Shown here: positions 1 through 9,719 of the stretch, piece after piece
Position numbering within the stretch: position 1 is the stretch's first letter
How the letters are laid out: each line of letters starts with the position of its first letter
Source: an uncultured Candidatus Micrarchaeota archaeon
GTDB taxonomy: Archaea > Micrarchaeota > Micrarchaeia > Anstonellales > Bilamarchaeaceae
Assembly (NCBI GenBank): GCA_963804385.1
Contig: CAWDQD010000009.1
Span: 8,890 to 72,889 of the forward strand
Length of the DNA: 64,000 bases
Reading direction: 5' to 3'
The notes under the pieces: model-generated
The model's input: only the letters and a program-made list of their open reading frames with translations
What the model was told of the DNA's origin: nothing
Database searches by the model: none
Made by a program: the position numbers and the translations under genes

Positions 1-340
1 GTTTCGCGCATGTCGTGGTCTTTCCAGAGCCGTACAATCCGCAGACGAGGATCCTGTGCTTGTCGAGCCTCGGTACATAGCTTTGCCCCATCAGCGAGAC
101 AAGCTCCTCATAGACGACCTTCGTGACATGCTCCTTGAGGCTCAGGGACTCCATCTTCTCGGATTTAAGGGAGCGTTCCTCGATCTTTTTCGATAAGGAT
201 AAGACTAGCTTCACGCTGACATCATTTGATATCAGCACGCGCTGGAGGTCCTTGATGAGCGCCTTGACGTCATCGGCATCAACATACGGCTTGCCGGTGA
301 GTTTGGAAAGCGCTTCGCGGAGTGTTTTCCCTAGATCCAT
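1..340 (-). CDS. srp54: Signal recognition particle protein SRP54, N-terminal part (gene continues beyond window start)
   Basis: Manual minus-strand translation from the ATG at 340..338 gives MDLGKTLREALSKLTGKPYVDADDVKALIKDLQRVLISNDVSVKLV...ILVCGLYGSGKTTTCAK. This has the SRP54 N-domain pattern and the G-domain P-loop. The ORF runs off the window edge. The overlapping plus ORF 123..578 is not supported. Confidence 0.7.
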   Translation of the reverse strand, partial: MDLGKTLREALSKLTGKPYVDADDVKALIKDLQRVLISNDVSVKLVLSLSKKIEERSLKSEKMESLSLKEHVTKVVYEELVSLMGQSYVPRLDKHRILVCGLYGSGKTTTCAK

Positions 341-410
341 AAGCAAAATAGAAATATCTGGAAGGGTTTTAGAGGATGCCGCCCTCATGTTTGCCGTAAC
401 TTTAACGTGG

Positions 411-1058
411 TTATCTTTTTTTAGGTTCGAGGCCCATCTGTTTCCTAATGTGCTCGGGCAAGTTGTCTGCTTTGACAACATCTGCCCTGAAAGCGTAATC
501 CAGGTCTCCAAGCAACTGACTCGGCGAAGTCTCATACATGCCCCGTGCCCTTGGATGATCCAAATCTGGCTGAATTAGCGGCGTGCCATACATGATCCTC
601 GCTTTCTGCAGCACGATATCCGCATAATGTCTATCAATGGATTTTTCAGAATTTCTCATCATCATCAAGACGCCTAGTTGCTCTTCTGGGAGCGGGATAT
701 CGGAGCGAGATTTCATCCTCGTCATAAATCTCATTGCGAGATCAAATACCGATTGGACAATTAAAGGGGCAGCAGCCCGCATATCCTTCATCGCAGGCAC
801 CGCCTCTTCAATACCGAGCCGTAAGATGACCTGGGCGGCAGCGCATCTTGTCTCGTCGTCGTGCTCTGGTTGGAGAAGGCCTAAGAGCGCATCCTTCTCT
901 TTAGAGCGTAAGGGACGTGAATGATACAGATCTAAATGAAGACCAAGTTTCGGTGGGTGCTTCTTAACCTTAACCACAACGATATGCTTTGGCTGTGGAA
1001 TTGGTGTTTGAGGGTGCCGCGGCTGTTTAGTCATGAACATACATATACTACCAAACAA
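411..1058 (-). CDS. Hypothetical protein (215 aa)
   Basis: Long minus-strand ORF between srp54 and the thermosome promoter. I recognise no motif. The true start may be an internal Met (MFMTKQ...). Confidence 0.35.
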   Translation of the reverse strand: MFGSICMFMTKQPRHPQTPIPQPKHIVVVKVKKHPPKLGLHLDLYHSRPLRSKEKDALLGLLQPEHDDETRCAAAQVILRLGIEEAVPAMKDMRAAAPLIVQSVFDLAMRFMTRMKSRSDIPLPEEQLGVLMMMRNSEKSIDRHYADIVLQKARIMYGTPLIQPDLDHPRARGMYETSPSQLLGDLDYAFRADVVKADNLPEHIRKQMGLEPKKR

Positions 1059-1204
1059 TTTATAATCTATACCCTGAGTGCGTATCTTCGGGTTTTCAGG
1101 CCTTACGCTAATTTTTTAAAGGTTTTTTATCAATAGATAGTCAGCTTATTTTAGCCAAGCAACAATTTGAGTCAGCATTTTGAACACTCGAAAGGTGAAA
1201 CACT

Positions 1205-2854
1205 ATGACGAAACAGGTATCAGGAGATCAGGTCTATGTAATGCCTGAGGGATCGCAGCGCGTGATTGGAAGGGACGCGATGCGCGTGAACATAGCCATA
1301 GGCTATGCGGTTGCGAACATCGTCAAGACCACTCTGGGTCCGAAAGGCATGGACAAGATGCTGGTATCGGATCTCGGAGACATCGTGATAACGAACGATG
1401 GCGCGACAATACTCGAAGAGATGAACGTCGACCACCCGGCTGCTAAGCTCATGGTCGAGATAGCGAAGACCCAGGACAAGGAGGTCGGCGACGGAACGAC
1501 CACGAGCGTGGTCATCGCAGGCAACCTGCTTTACCGGGCCGGAGAGCTCCTCAACCAGAACATCCACCCGACCGTGGTGATAAAAGGCTACGAGCTCGCC
1601 GCTAAGAAAGCCGAGGAAGTACTCAACAAGGTGGCCGAACCGGTCACGCTTGCAGACAAGGAAGTACTCAACAAGATCGCGCTCGTCGCTATGGGTTCCA
1701 AGGGCATCGGCAGCGATGACGAGAAGAAGAAGATCGCTCACATAATCTCTGATGCGGTGATGCAGGTCGCTGAGACCAAGAACGGCAAGCTGAAGGTGGA
1801 CCTGGACCTGATAAAGGTCGAGAAGAAATCCGGTGGAGAGGTCCTCGACACCGAGCTTATCCGCGGTGTCCTTGTGGACAAGGAGATCGTCCACTCTGGC
1901 ATGCCGAAATCAGTGAAGGACGCGAAGATACTCCTTCTGGACGCGGCGCTCGAGATCGAGAAGACCGAAGTGGATGCGAAGATCGAGATCACATCCCCTG
2001 ACAAGATGGAAGCATTCCTGCAGCAGGAAGAGAAGATGATGAGGGACATGGTGGACAAGATAGCCGCCACCAAAGCCACAGTCGTTTTCTCCCAGAAAGG
2101 CATCGATGATTTGGTGCAGCACTTCCTGGCCAAGAAAGGCATCGTAGCGGTCCGCCGCGTGAAGAAGAGCGACATGGAGAAGCTCTCGCGGGCGACCGGA
2201 GCGAGCATCGCATCGACGCTCGAGGACCTGAAGGAAACCGATCTGGGTTTCGCAGGCACTGTAGAAGAGCGCAAAGTCGGCGGAGAAGCCATGGTCTTTG
2301 TGGAAAAGTGCAAGGACCCGAAGAGCGTCACCATATTCGTGCGCGGCGGAACCGACCACGTGGTCAGCGAAGTCGAGCGCGCGGTGGTCGATGCGAGAGG
2401 CGCTGTCTCTAGCGCGCTCCAGGACGGCAAATACGTCGTGGGCGGCGGAAGCGTCGAGATGGAGATAGCAAGGGAGCTGCAGACCTACGCCATACAGATC
2501 GGCGGCAGGGAGCAGCTTGCCATCCAGGGCTTCGCAGAGGCGCTTGAATCCATCCCAAGAGCGCTCGCAGAGAACGCTGGTATGGATGTCATAGACACGA
2601 TCGTGGCCCTCCGGAACAAGCACAAGGAAGCCAACGGCAAGACGATCGGGGTCGATGTCATAGCCGGCAAGGTCGGCGACCTCAAACCGCTCGGAATCTT
2701 CGAACCTGCAAAAGTGAAGAAGCAGGCGATCGGCTCCGCCACAGAGACTGCGAGGCTCATCCTCAGGATAGATGATATCATCTCATCCAGGGGCGGCTCC
2801 AAAGGCGGTATGCCTCCAGGCGGTCCTGGCGGCATGGGAATGGACATGGATTGA
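1205..2854 (+). CDS. Thermosome (group II chaperonin) subunit
   Basis: 549 aa. Contains [24 protein letters not shown] and a [17 protein letters not shown]-terminal tail, which are classic thermosome/CCT signatures. An SD-like AGGTGA sits 8 nt upstream. Confidence 0.95.
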   Translation: MTKQVSGDQVYVMPEGSQRVIGRDAMRVNIAIGYAVANIVKTTLGPKGMDKMLVSDLGDIVITNDGATILEEMNVDHPAAKLMVEIAKTQDKEVGDGTTTSVVIAGNLLYRAGELLNQNIHPTVVIKGYELAAKKAEEVLNKVAEPVTLADKEVLNKIALVAMGSKGIGSDDEKKKIAHIISDAVMQVAETKNGKLKVDLDLIKVEKKSGGEVLDTELIRGVLVDKEIVHSGMPKSVKDAKILLLDAALEIEKTEVDAKIEITSPDKMEAFLQQEEKMMRDMVDKIAATKATVVFSQKGIDDLVQHFLAKKGIVAVRRVKKSDMEKLSRATGASIASTLEDLKETDLGFAGTVEERKVGGEAMVFVEKCKDPKSVTIFVRGGTDHVVSEVERAVVDARGAVSSALQDGKYVVGGGSVEMEIARELQTYAIQIGGREQLAIQGFAEALESIPRALAENAGMDVIDTIVALRNKHKEANGKTIGVDVIAGKVGDLKPLGIFEPAKVKKQAIGSATETARLILRIDDIISSRGGSKGGMPPGGPGGMGMDMD

Positions 2855-2865
2855 AAGGAACCCAC

Positions 2866-2905
2866 GGTTCTTTTTGAATCTCCTTTTTTATTTTCTACTT
2901 TTTCT
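2866..2905 (+). terminator. Oligo-T archaeal terminator region after the thermosome gene
   Basis: Consecutive T-runs (TTCTTTTT, CCTTTTTTATTTT, CTTTTTCT) immediately 3' of the stop codon. Confidence 0.35.
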
Positions 2906-2952
2906 CCGGTTTTTATCACCTATTATTATCCTTTCCATCAATCCCTATTACG

Positions 2953-3228
2953 ATGGTGAGGCTGCATATCCGCGTTTCAGGAGATGTACAAGGTGTTTTC
3001 TTCAGGGCAGGCGCGCAAAGCGAAGCCAAGCGGCTCGGTCTCAGCGGCTGGGTCCGCAACGTGGATGATGGTTCGGTGGAAGCGCTGGCAGAAGGCTCCA
3101 AATCCGCGCTGGACGAGTTCCTCGAATGGTGCTCCAAAGGCCCGGCAGGTGCCTCGGTGTCAGAGATGAAATACGAGTGGATGGAAGCCACTGGGGAATT
3201 CAGGGGCTTCAGGATAAGATACGAATGA
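2953..3228 (+). CDS. acyP: Acylphosphatase
   Basis: 91 aa. HIRVSGDVQGVFFRAGAQSEAKRLGLSGWVRNVDDGSVEA matches the acylphosphatase signature (VxGxVQGVxFR ... GWVxN). Confidence 0.85.
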   Translation: MVRLHIRVSGDVQGVFFRAGAQSEAKRLGLSGWVRNVDDGSVEALAEGSKSALDEFLEWCSKGPAGASVSEMKYEWMEATGEFRGFRIRYE

Positions 3229-3244
3229 TATGAAAAAGAAAAAA

Positions 3245-3667
3245 TCAATCGGCAGTGACGCTTCCACCCTTCACTGTCCCACGTCTTCTCGGATCGGAGT
3301 ATCTGTGCGCGAACTTGATCTTCCTGAGTTTCGCTACCGCGCGCTCAAGCTCGTCGAGCTCCAGGTCCTCTTCGAAATGCGATTTCGCCTCGTCCGGTAT
3401 CTCGATCAAGCCGCTGGCCTCGAAGCATATCGGCCGGTCGTCGACATCGGTGATCGAATCGAGCAGGTATGCTAGCGTGGATACCTTCGGGGTAGCATCC
3501 TTTGGCACCGTTATCCTGCCGTCACCCTTCTTGTGATGCGTTTCGATGAAATTCAGGACATCATGTAGCATGTCTATCTCGTCATCCCTGAACCTGTGGC
3601 TCTCCAGCCATTTTATGGCACTGTCGCTGAATACGAATTTCGTCACAACCTCACCTTCCTTAACCAT
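3245..3667 (-). CDS. Hypothetical protein (140 aa)
   Basis: Clean ORF that fills the gap between acyP and pepA. No motif recognised. The opposing ORFs 3230..3475 and 3255..3536 are low-complexity. Confidence 0.4.
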   Translation of the reverse strand: MVKEGEVVTKFVFSDSAIKWLESHRFRDDEIDMLHDVLNFIETHHKKGDGRITVPKDATPKVSTLAYLLDSITDVDDRPICFEASGLIEIPDEAKSHFEEDLELDELERAVAKLRKIKFAHRYSDPRRRGTVKGGSVTAD

Positions 3668-3684
3668 ACTCGATGGTATGCTTT

Positions 3685-5145
3685 TTATCCTTTCTTAAGC
3701 CGCGCGAGCGCCTCGGTGACGAGACGGACGCCGATTCCGCTCGCCCCCTTGTCAAGGTACGGGTGGGGCCATTTCACATAATCCACCGCGGCTATGTCGA
3801 GATGCGCCCATTTGACATCACCTACGAACTCCTTGAGGAACATGGCAGCGGTGATGGACCCGGCTTCGCCCTGCTCGGATATGTTCTTTATGTCGGCGAA
3901 ATCAGCCTTTATCATCTCTCCATACTCTGGCCAGGCAGGCATCCTCCATGCCCTTTCAAATGTTTCATCTCCGGCCTCTATTATCCCGTTCGCGACTCCG
4001 TCATCATTGGAGAACAGGCCTATCGCATGCCTTCCGAGGCTGACGACTATCGCCCCGGTGAGGGTCGCTAGGTCTATGATGGCTTCGGGTTTCTGCTCGG
4101 CCGCATATGCCAGAGCGTCTGCGAGAATCAATCTTCCTTCCGCGTCCGTGTTGAGAACTTCGATGGTCTTGCCGTTGTACGCTTTCACTATGTCCCCCGG
4201 TCTCTGGGCGGAACCGGATGGCATATTCTCTACAAGAGGCATGAGTCCGATCAGCCGGATCGGCAGCTTTCGCCTGGACACCGCCTTGAATACCCCGAGC
4301 ACGTTCATCGCCCCAGTCTTGTCGTATTTCATCTCGTGCATGTTCTGGGCTGGCTTAATGCTGATGCCCCCGCTGTCGAATGTGACTCCCTTCCCCACGA
4401 CGCAATAAAGGGGGAGATCCTTGCCTTTGTTGTACTCTAGTTTTATCAGCAATGGCTCCTCTGCGCTCCCCTGCGCCACAGCAAGAAGCGCGTTCATGTT
4501 CATCTTCTTCATCTTCGCGCGGTCGAATATCTCGATTCCGAGACCCTCCTCTTTCGCCAGGGTCTTGGCCCATTCCGCGACCTTTTTCGGGTTCGCGATG
4601 TTGGCCGGCTGGTCGTCGAGGGATCTGGCATAGTTCTGGGCCTGGGCCATGACATTCCCGGTCTCCAGGCCTTCTTTGGCGCCTTTGTCGTCAGCGCAAG
4701 CGATGATCATCCTCTCCACATCGAACAGCTCGTCCTTCTTCGTCTTGAATTCCGTGCACTTGTAGGACGCGAGCAGCCCGCCTTCGCAGAGCGCTTGGAC
4801 CGCTTTTCCGATGGTGATGCCTTCGGGCAGATCGGATGGAAGGAATACCGACACGTTCTTCTCCTTTCTGCCGACAGAATACCTCACCGCGAATCCGCCC
4901 GCCCTCCTGAAAAAGTCCAGCTTGAACTCATCCTTTTTGCCGAGGCCGATGACGACTAGGTGCTTAATCCCCCCTTCGGTATCGCATGGGAGCACCTGGA
5001 GCAGTTTGCCTTCATATCTCTCTCTTTTCACGCCATCCAGGAACCGTGCGATCTCTTTATCTGGTGCGGTCTCCTGAAAATGAAGGTAGCAGACTATCTC
5101 CCCCTTCATCTTTGCAAAATCAGTTCTGACGAATGAGGTTTCCAT
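3685..5145 (-). CDS. pepA: Leucyl aminopeptidase, M17 family
   Basis: 486 aa with NTDAEGRLILADALAYA (M17 catalytic signature), VGKGVTFDSGG and MKYDKTGA. Confidence 0.85.
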   Translation of the reverse strand: METSFVRTDFAKMKGEIVCYLHFQETAPDKEIARFLDGVKRERYEGKLLQVLPCDTEGGIKHLVVIGLGKKDEFKLDFFRRAGGFAVRYSVGRKEKNVSVFLPSDLPEGITIGKAVQALCEGGLLASYKCTEFKTKKDELFDVERMIIACADDKGAKEGLETGNVMAQAQNYARSLDDQPANIANPKKVAEWAKTLAKEEGLGIEIFDRAKMKKMNMNALLAVAQGSAEEPLLIKLEYNKGKDLPLYCVVGKGVTFDSGGISIKPAQNMHEMKYDKTGAMNVLGVFKAVSRRKLPIRLIGLMPLVENMPSGSAQRPGDIVKAYNGKTIEVLNTDAEGRLILADALAYAAEQKPEAIIDLATLTGAIVVSLGRHAIGLFSNDDGVANGIIEAGDETFERAWRMPAWPEYGEMIKADFADIKNISEQGEAGSITAAMFLKEFVGDVKWAHLDIAAVDYVKWPHPYLDKGASGIGVRLVTEALARLKKG

Positions 5146-5175
5146 GGGAAGGATATTCTCTTCAACTTATAAAAA

Positions 5176-6906
5176 CTATTGGCCCCTTGCCCGCTGCAGT
5201 TGGAACATCTCGATGACTTCGGATGTGGTCGTTATGTCCAGAACGCCTTTGTCCGGCCTCATCTTCACCAGGCGGGGGAACCTGAGGGCGTACCCTTTCT
5301 CTCCGCTCCATCCGCAGGTGTGGTTCGGTGATTGCGTGATGTCATCGAATGCCACTTCTACAACGTATTTCGGTTCCACCCAGAAATCCACTTCTATCCT
5401 GCAATCCAGGTTCATGGCTGGTTTCTGCGTCTTCGTCTCTTCAAGGAGCACCTGCAGGTCCTTCATCTCCTGCTCCGTGAATCCGGTCGCCATCTTCGCT
5501 ATGGTCTCTAGCTTCCCGGAATCCGGATTATACACCGCGAGCAGCACGCCTCCGAACTCGAATTGCGCCCGGGTCCCGTGGCCGAGGTAATACCCCACGA
5601 TCACCCCGTCGATAGTGTCGACCGCCTTCCCGTAGGACTTCTTGAGCTTTATCCATGCGAATTTCCGTTTTCCTGCGTTATATGGTGATTTGAGGTCCTT
5701 TGCCATTATGCCCTCCAAGCCTTCGTTTATCGCGTGCTGGAACAGCTTGTCGAGCTCTTCCGCGTCGTCTATCTCGACGCTTTCACTGGGTTTTATCCTC
5801 TCACCCGTGAATGTTTTGACTATCATGTCCCTGCGCTTGGCGTAAGGTTCACCTGTCATGTCCTTCCCGTCGATGTAAAGTATATCGAACACGAAGATGT
5901 TGAGCGGGAAATCCTTCGATGATTGCTCTATCCCATGCTTCCTTCTCCTGTGCATGGTCTGCTGGAAAGGAAAATAGCGGTGTTTATCAGAATCATAGGC
6001 GAGCGCTTCTCCCTCGAAGATGAGCTCATTTTGGGCCATGGCCTGGACTTCTTTCACTATGTCCGGGAACATCGGGGTCATGCGTTCGAGCTTGCGTGAA
6101 TAGATCTCCACTTTGTTCGCTTTCTTGTGGACCTGCATGCGGAAGCCGTCGTATTTATTTTCGACCCCGCATCTTCCGAGCCTCTCTATTATGGCTTGGG
6201 GATCGCGTAGCCTCTCGGCTAGAGCCGGCATGAGCGGCTTGAACGGCTGCACATGGAATTTCTCTATGGAAGCTGGTTTAGTGTAGAATGTTTTAGCCAC
6301 AAACCCGAGGTCGGTGCAGACATTGTACGCGTGCTCGAGAGGTTCGCGCAGGGATTTGTCGCCTTTTTTAGAGACCGATAGCGCGTCGATTATGGTCGGG
6401 TCTCCTACTCCGAGCCTTAGTCGCCCGAGCACGAAACGCACGACATATCTGGCTTCTAGCGGCGAGGCATTGTTCAGCATCTCCGCGAGGCGCTTTATCT
6501 TCTGCTCCTGGCTTCCTGAGCCTGATGATTCCCCGATCTTCCGCATGGTCTCATACACGCGGACGAGGCCCATCTCGCTCGTGAAAAGCGCGGTCTGCCT
6601 CTTCTTCCCGATAAGTTCCTCAGCCGTGTCTCCCAAGTCTCCGCTCTTCTTGTAGTGCGCTTCCACCTGGCTTTTCGAATATCCCGCAGCGGAAGCGATG
6701 GCTTCTATGGCGAATTTTTCTCCCACTCCGAGATCGAGCCCTTCGTATGGTGGCGCGATTATGCCCTGCACGATGTAGACCAGCTTGTCTATCTCATCCT
6801 TGCCGGTCCTGGCGAACAGGGCTGCGAGCACGTCGGTCATCTCCAGCCTGCCGCTTCGCTTCTCTATCTCGGAGAAGACCTCGGCGACATCGGAGAACAG
6901 GAGCAT
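5176..6906 (-). CDS. lig: ATP-dependent DNA ligase
   Basis: 576 aa. Adenylation motif I VENKYDGFRMQVH (KxDG) and a canonical archaeal ligase N-terminus (MLLFSDVAEVFSEIEKRSGRLEMTDVLAALF). Confidence 0.9.
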   Translation of the reverse strand: MLLFSDVAEVFSEIEKRSGRLEMTDVLAALFARTGKDEIDKLVYIVQGIIAPPYEGLDLGVGEKFAIEAIASAAGYSKSQVEAHYKKSGDLGDTAEELIGKKRQTALFTSEMGLVRVYETMRKIGESSGSGSQEQKIKRLAEMLNNASPLEARYVVRFVLGRLRLGVGDPTIIDALSVSKKGDKSLREPLEHAYNVCTDLGFVAKTFYTKPASIEKFHVQPFKPLMPALAERLRDPQAIIERLGRCGVENKYDGFRMQVHKKANKVEIYSRKLERMTPMFPDIVKEVQAMAQNELIFEGEALAYDSDKHRYFPFQQTMHRRRKHGIEQSSKDFPLNIFVFDILYIDGKDMTGEPYAKRRDMIVKTFTGERIKPSESVEIDDAEELDKLFQHAINEGLEGIMAKDLKSPYNAGKRKFAWIKLKKSYGKAVDTIDGVIVGYYLGHGTRAQFEFGGVLLAVYNPDSGKLETIAKMATGFTEQEMKDLQVLLEETKTQKPAMNLDCRIEVDFWVEPKYVVEVAFDDITQSPNHTCGWSGEKGYALRFPRLVKMRPDKGVLDITTTSEVIEMFQLQRARGQ

Positions 6907-6956
6907 GCCAGCATCTCCCGCTAAATCAATAAAAACAATGCGGACCCTATCTTGCC

Positions 6957-7499
6957 ATGGTTACCATACGGCCTGCCCGCGCAAACGAATCCGGCGCGAT
7001 CCGCGGGCTGGTGGTGTCAGTCCTTAAGAGCGAAGGCATGTTCGACACTTTCTGGCACCTGGACGATTTGGATGACCCCGTGGCCGCCTACCGCGGAACC
7101 GGCGGGGAGTTCCTCGTGGCAGAAGAAGATGGGCATATCGTGGGTACCGCAGCATTCCATCCTCTTCCGCAAAAACTGGCTATCATCCGTCGCTTCTACG
7201 TGTCTGCCGGATTCAGGGGGAAAGGCGTTGGGCGGGAACTGCTTAGTCGCATTGAAGGGTTGTGCAAGGAGCGCGGAAACGCGCTTATAGTGGCGGTATC
7301 TGAACATGGCTTCAAGCGAGCCTTCGGCATCTATATCAAGGACGGCTTCGTGCCATTCAGGACCGAGCCGGAGAATTTCTTAGTCAAGTATCTGGCGCCT
7401 GGAGCTGATATCCCATGGCCACCCGGCAAGATGGCTAAAATGAACTGGTATTTCCAGTGGAAAGGCGATCGTTGGGTGCCGCTGGACGTTTGCGGATGA
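6957..7499 (+). CDS. GNAT-family N-acetyltransferase
   Basis: 180 aa. The acetyl-CoA-binding motif RGKGVGRELL lies in a GNAT-like context (IRRFYVSAGFRGKGVG). Confidence 0.75.
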   Translation: MVTIRPARANESGAIRGLVVSVLKSEGMFDTFWHLDDLDDPVAAYRGTGGEFLVAEEDGHIVGTAAFHPLPQKLAIIRRFYVSAGFRGKGVGRELLSRIEGLCKERGNALIVAVSEHGFKRAFGIYIKDGFVPFRTEPENFLVKYLAPGADIPWPPGKMAKMNWYFQWKGDRWVPLDVCG

Positions 7500-7540
7500 A
7501 CCCATCATCGTCGAGATGCCGCGGAAATGGATTTTCCCGC

Positions 7541-8659
7541 TTATAGCCCTCGGTTCTCGGGGATTCCATTGAATCCTTCTTTTTCAAACCGCTCCGCCAG
7601 TTCCTTTGCTACAGTATCTCCAAACTGCTCCAGGGGGTGTTTCATAAGCCAGGAACTCGGCCCTATGAGGGGTCCGGATATCTTTTTATCCAAAGCCAGC
7701 TGGACGTATCTGAGCGCATCAGCGGAAACGCCGCTGGAATTGGCCTTATCATCCACTTCGAGGCGGACCTCCATATTGTATGGGATGTTGGCCCACATCC
7801 TCCCTTCTATGCGCATGAACATGAGCTTGGTATTGCCAAGGAATGGGATGAAGTCCGATGGCCCCACGTAAATCTGGTCATCCGGCAATCTCTGCTTGAG
7901 CTGCGATTGCACCGATTCGGTTTTCGATATCTTTTTGCTCTGCAGCCTGTCCCGTTCCAGCATGTTGCTGAAATCCGTGTTTCCACCGACGTTGATCTGG
8001 TACGTCTTCTCTATCTTAGTCCCCCGCGAATCGCAGAGCCTGGCCAGGGTCCTGTGGATTATCGTCGCTCCGACCTGGCCCTTGTAATCATCCCCTAAAA
8101 CAGGCAATCCCTTATCCTTGAATCTCTTGGCCCACTGCGGATTGCTTGCTATGAATACCGGCATCGCATTGACCATGCCGCATCCCGTCTCGAGCGCGAC
8201 CTCTGCCCAGAACTCCGTAGCCTTCTGCGATCCGACTGGGAGGTGGTTGAGGATGATCCTGGCGCCCGTCTTCTTTATCTCTGCGATCGCTTCCTTTCTC
8301 AATTGCTCTATCGTCTTGGTCTGTTTTACCGGTTTTATCATATTCTCCACGTAGATGCCTACGCCATCGAGTATCGGGCTCTCCTTGACCGTTCCGGAGC
8401 AGCAAGAGACCGAATCCGTCCACTTGACCTTGTTCGGGTACTCGTATACGGCTTGGCTGAGCGGTTTGCCGACCTTGTTCTCCCCTACGTCAAAAGATGC
8501 GACGAATTCGATATCCTGGACGCTGTAACCGCCGATTTTCTCGTGCATGACCCCGATCACTTGCTCTTTAGGGTTCCTCTTGTAGTACTCAATGCCTTGT
8601 ACCAGGCCAGCGAAACAGTTCCCTACACCAACGACCGCGCATCTGATTTTTCCTGCCAT
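7541..8659 (-). CDS. ino1: myo-Inositol-1-phosphate synthase (Ino1 family)
   Basis: 372 aa. The N-terminus IRCAVVGVGNCFAGLVQGIEYYKRN matches the Ino1 Rossmann signature (VAIVGVGNCASSLVQGVEYY as in actinobacterial/archaeal MIPS). Recalled from memory, not searched. Confidence 0.7.
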   Translation of the reverse strand: MAGKIRCAVVGVGNCFAGLVQGIEYYKRNPKEQVIGVMHEKIGGYSVQDIEFVASFDVGENKVGKPLSQAVYEYPNKVKWTDSVSCCSGTVKESPILDGVGIYVENMIKPVKQTKTIEQLRKEAIAEIKKTGARIILNHLPVGSQKATEFWAEVALETGCGMVNAMPVFIASNPQWAKRFKDKGLPVLGDDYKGQVGATIIHRTLARLCDSRGTKIEKTYQINVGGNTDFSNMLERDRLQSKKISKTESVQSQLKQRLPDDQIYVGPSDFIPFLGNTKLMFMRIEGRMWANIPYNMEVRLEVDDKANSSGVSADALRYVQLALDKKISGPLIGPSSWLMKHPLEQFGDTVAKELAERFEKEGFNGIPENRGL

Positions 8660-8853
8660 ATTTCCACCATTACTTATCTAATGTTAAATAGTAAATATTA
8701 AATAATCCGGTGTATCCCCGATCCGGCGTCAGAACAGCGGATTTAGGGTGAACTCTTCCAATTTTAAAACCACCTGAACTAATGTAATACGCTAGTCCGA
8801 CTAGCTAGACTCTCTCCCTGCGAGCGCAAGGAGCGAATGACGGAGGCCAAATT

Positions 8854-9432
8854 ATGTATTACATCAAAACGGTAAACGACAGGGTAAGGATTCCGCCGAA
8901 CATGTTCGGAAGCGACATAAAAGATGCCATGAACGCCATACTGCGCGAACGCTACGAAGGCCGCATCTACAAGGACATGGGCATCGTCTTGGCGGTCAAC
9001 AATCCAAAGGTGCTTTCAGAAGGTGTCGTCATCCCTGGTGATGGCGGAGCATACTACTCCGTCCAGTTCGAGGCACTCACATTCTATCCGACAGTGAACG
9101 AGGTCTACAAGGCCGAGATAAAGGAGATCGTCGAATTCGGTGCGTTCTCATCGATCGGGCCGTTCCAGGGCCTGCTCCACGTCTCGCAGATAGACCGGGA
9201 GAAATTCTTCTACGACAAGAAATCCAAGACCCTAGGTTCGAAGGCCCTCAAGAGGAACCTGAAGAAGGGCGATGAGGTGCTGGCCAAGGTCTCCACCGTG
9301 AGCCTCAAGTCAACGTCCTCGGATACCAAGATCGGCCTCACGATGAGGCCCGACGGTCTCGGGAAGACCGAATGGCTCGAAGAGAAGGCAGCTCCTGCCA
9401 AGAAGAAGGAGAAACCAGAGAAGAAGGAGTGA
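8854..9432 (+). CDS. rpoE: DNA-directed RNA polymerase subunit E' (Rpo7)
   Basis: 192 aa. RVRIPPNMFGSD...YEGRIYKDMGIVLAV...GDGGAYYSVQFEALTFYPTVNEVYKAEIKEIVEFGAFSSIGPFQGLLHVSQI matches Rpo7/RpoE' with its S1 domain. Confidence 0.85.
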   Translation: MYYIKTVNDRVRIPPNMFGSDIKDAMNAILRERYEGRIYKDMGIVLAVNNPKVLSEGVVIPGDGGAYYSVQFEALTFYPTVNEVYKAEIKEIVEFGAFSSIGPFQGLLHVSQIDREKFFYDKKSKTLGSKALKRNLKKGDEVLAKVSTVSLKSTSSDTKIGLTMRPDGLGKTEWLEEKAAPAKKKEKPEKKE

Positions 9433-9436
9433 TCAC

Positions 9437-9619
9437 ATGAACGCATGCAAGCAGTGCCGCTATATAGTCACGACGAAAGAGAAGGTATGCCCCAAATGCC
9501 AGGGCGAGCTATCCGACAAGTACTCAGGGATGATAGTCGTCCTTGATCCGGAGCGCTCTGAGATCGCGAAGATGGTCGGTCTCAATACGGTCGGGAACTA
9601 CGCGATCAGGGTAAGGTAA
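9437..9619 (+). CDS. spt4: Transcription elongation factor Spt4 (RpoE'')
   Basis: 60 aa. C4 zinc ribbon (CKQC...CPKC), then ...VVLDPERSEIAKMVGLNTVGNYAIRVR, which is typical Spt4. It sits 4 nt after rpoE, the conserved rpoE-spt4 pairing. Confidence 0.8.
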   Translation: MNACKQCRYIVTTKEKVCPKCQGELSDKYSGMIVVLDPERSEIAKMVGLNTVGNYAIRVR

Positions 9620-9637
9620 TTTTTTTTATTTTATACA
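9620..9637 (+). terminator. Oligo-T terminator after spt4
   Basis: TAATTTTTTTTATTTTA directly after the stop codon. Confidence 0.4.
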
Positions 9638-9719
9638 TCTATTCATTTCGTCTTACGACGTATCCGCGCATATAAAAACACCCTGTATCATATCTGATAA
9701 AATAGGAGGTTCGGAGCCA

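Noticed and set aside
123-578. 151-aa plus-strand ORF
   Set aside because: It lies entirely antisense to the SRP54 N-terminal coding region and to the 3' end of ORF 411..1058. The SRP54 reading on the minus strand has unmistakable motifs, so this is a shadow ORF.
1220-2919. Several long minus-strand ORFs (224, 230, 237, 144 aa) inside the thermosome gene
   Set aside because: Antisense shadow ORFs of a highly conserved GC-rich gene. They are low complexity, rich in R/S/A/P, and have no motifs.
8660-8853. Possible small RNA upstream of rpoE (short direct repeats GACTAGC/TAGAC)
   Set aside because: Too short and irregular. It is more simply the promoter and 5' UTR of rpoE, with a GGAGG SD at -9.
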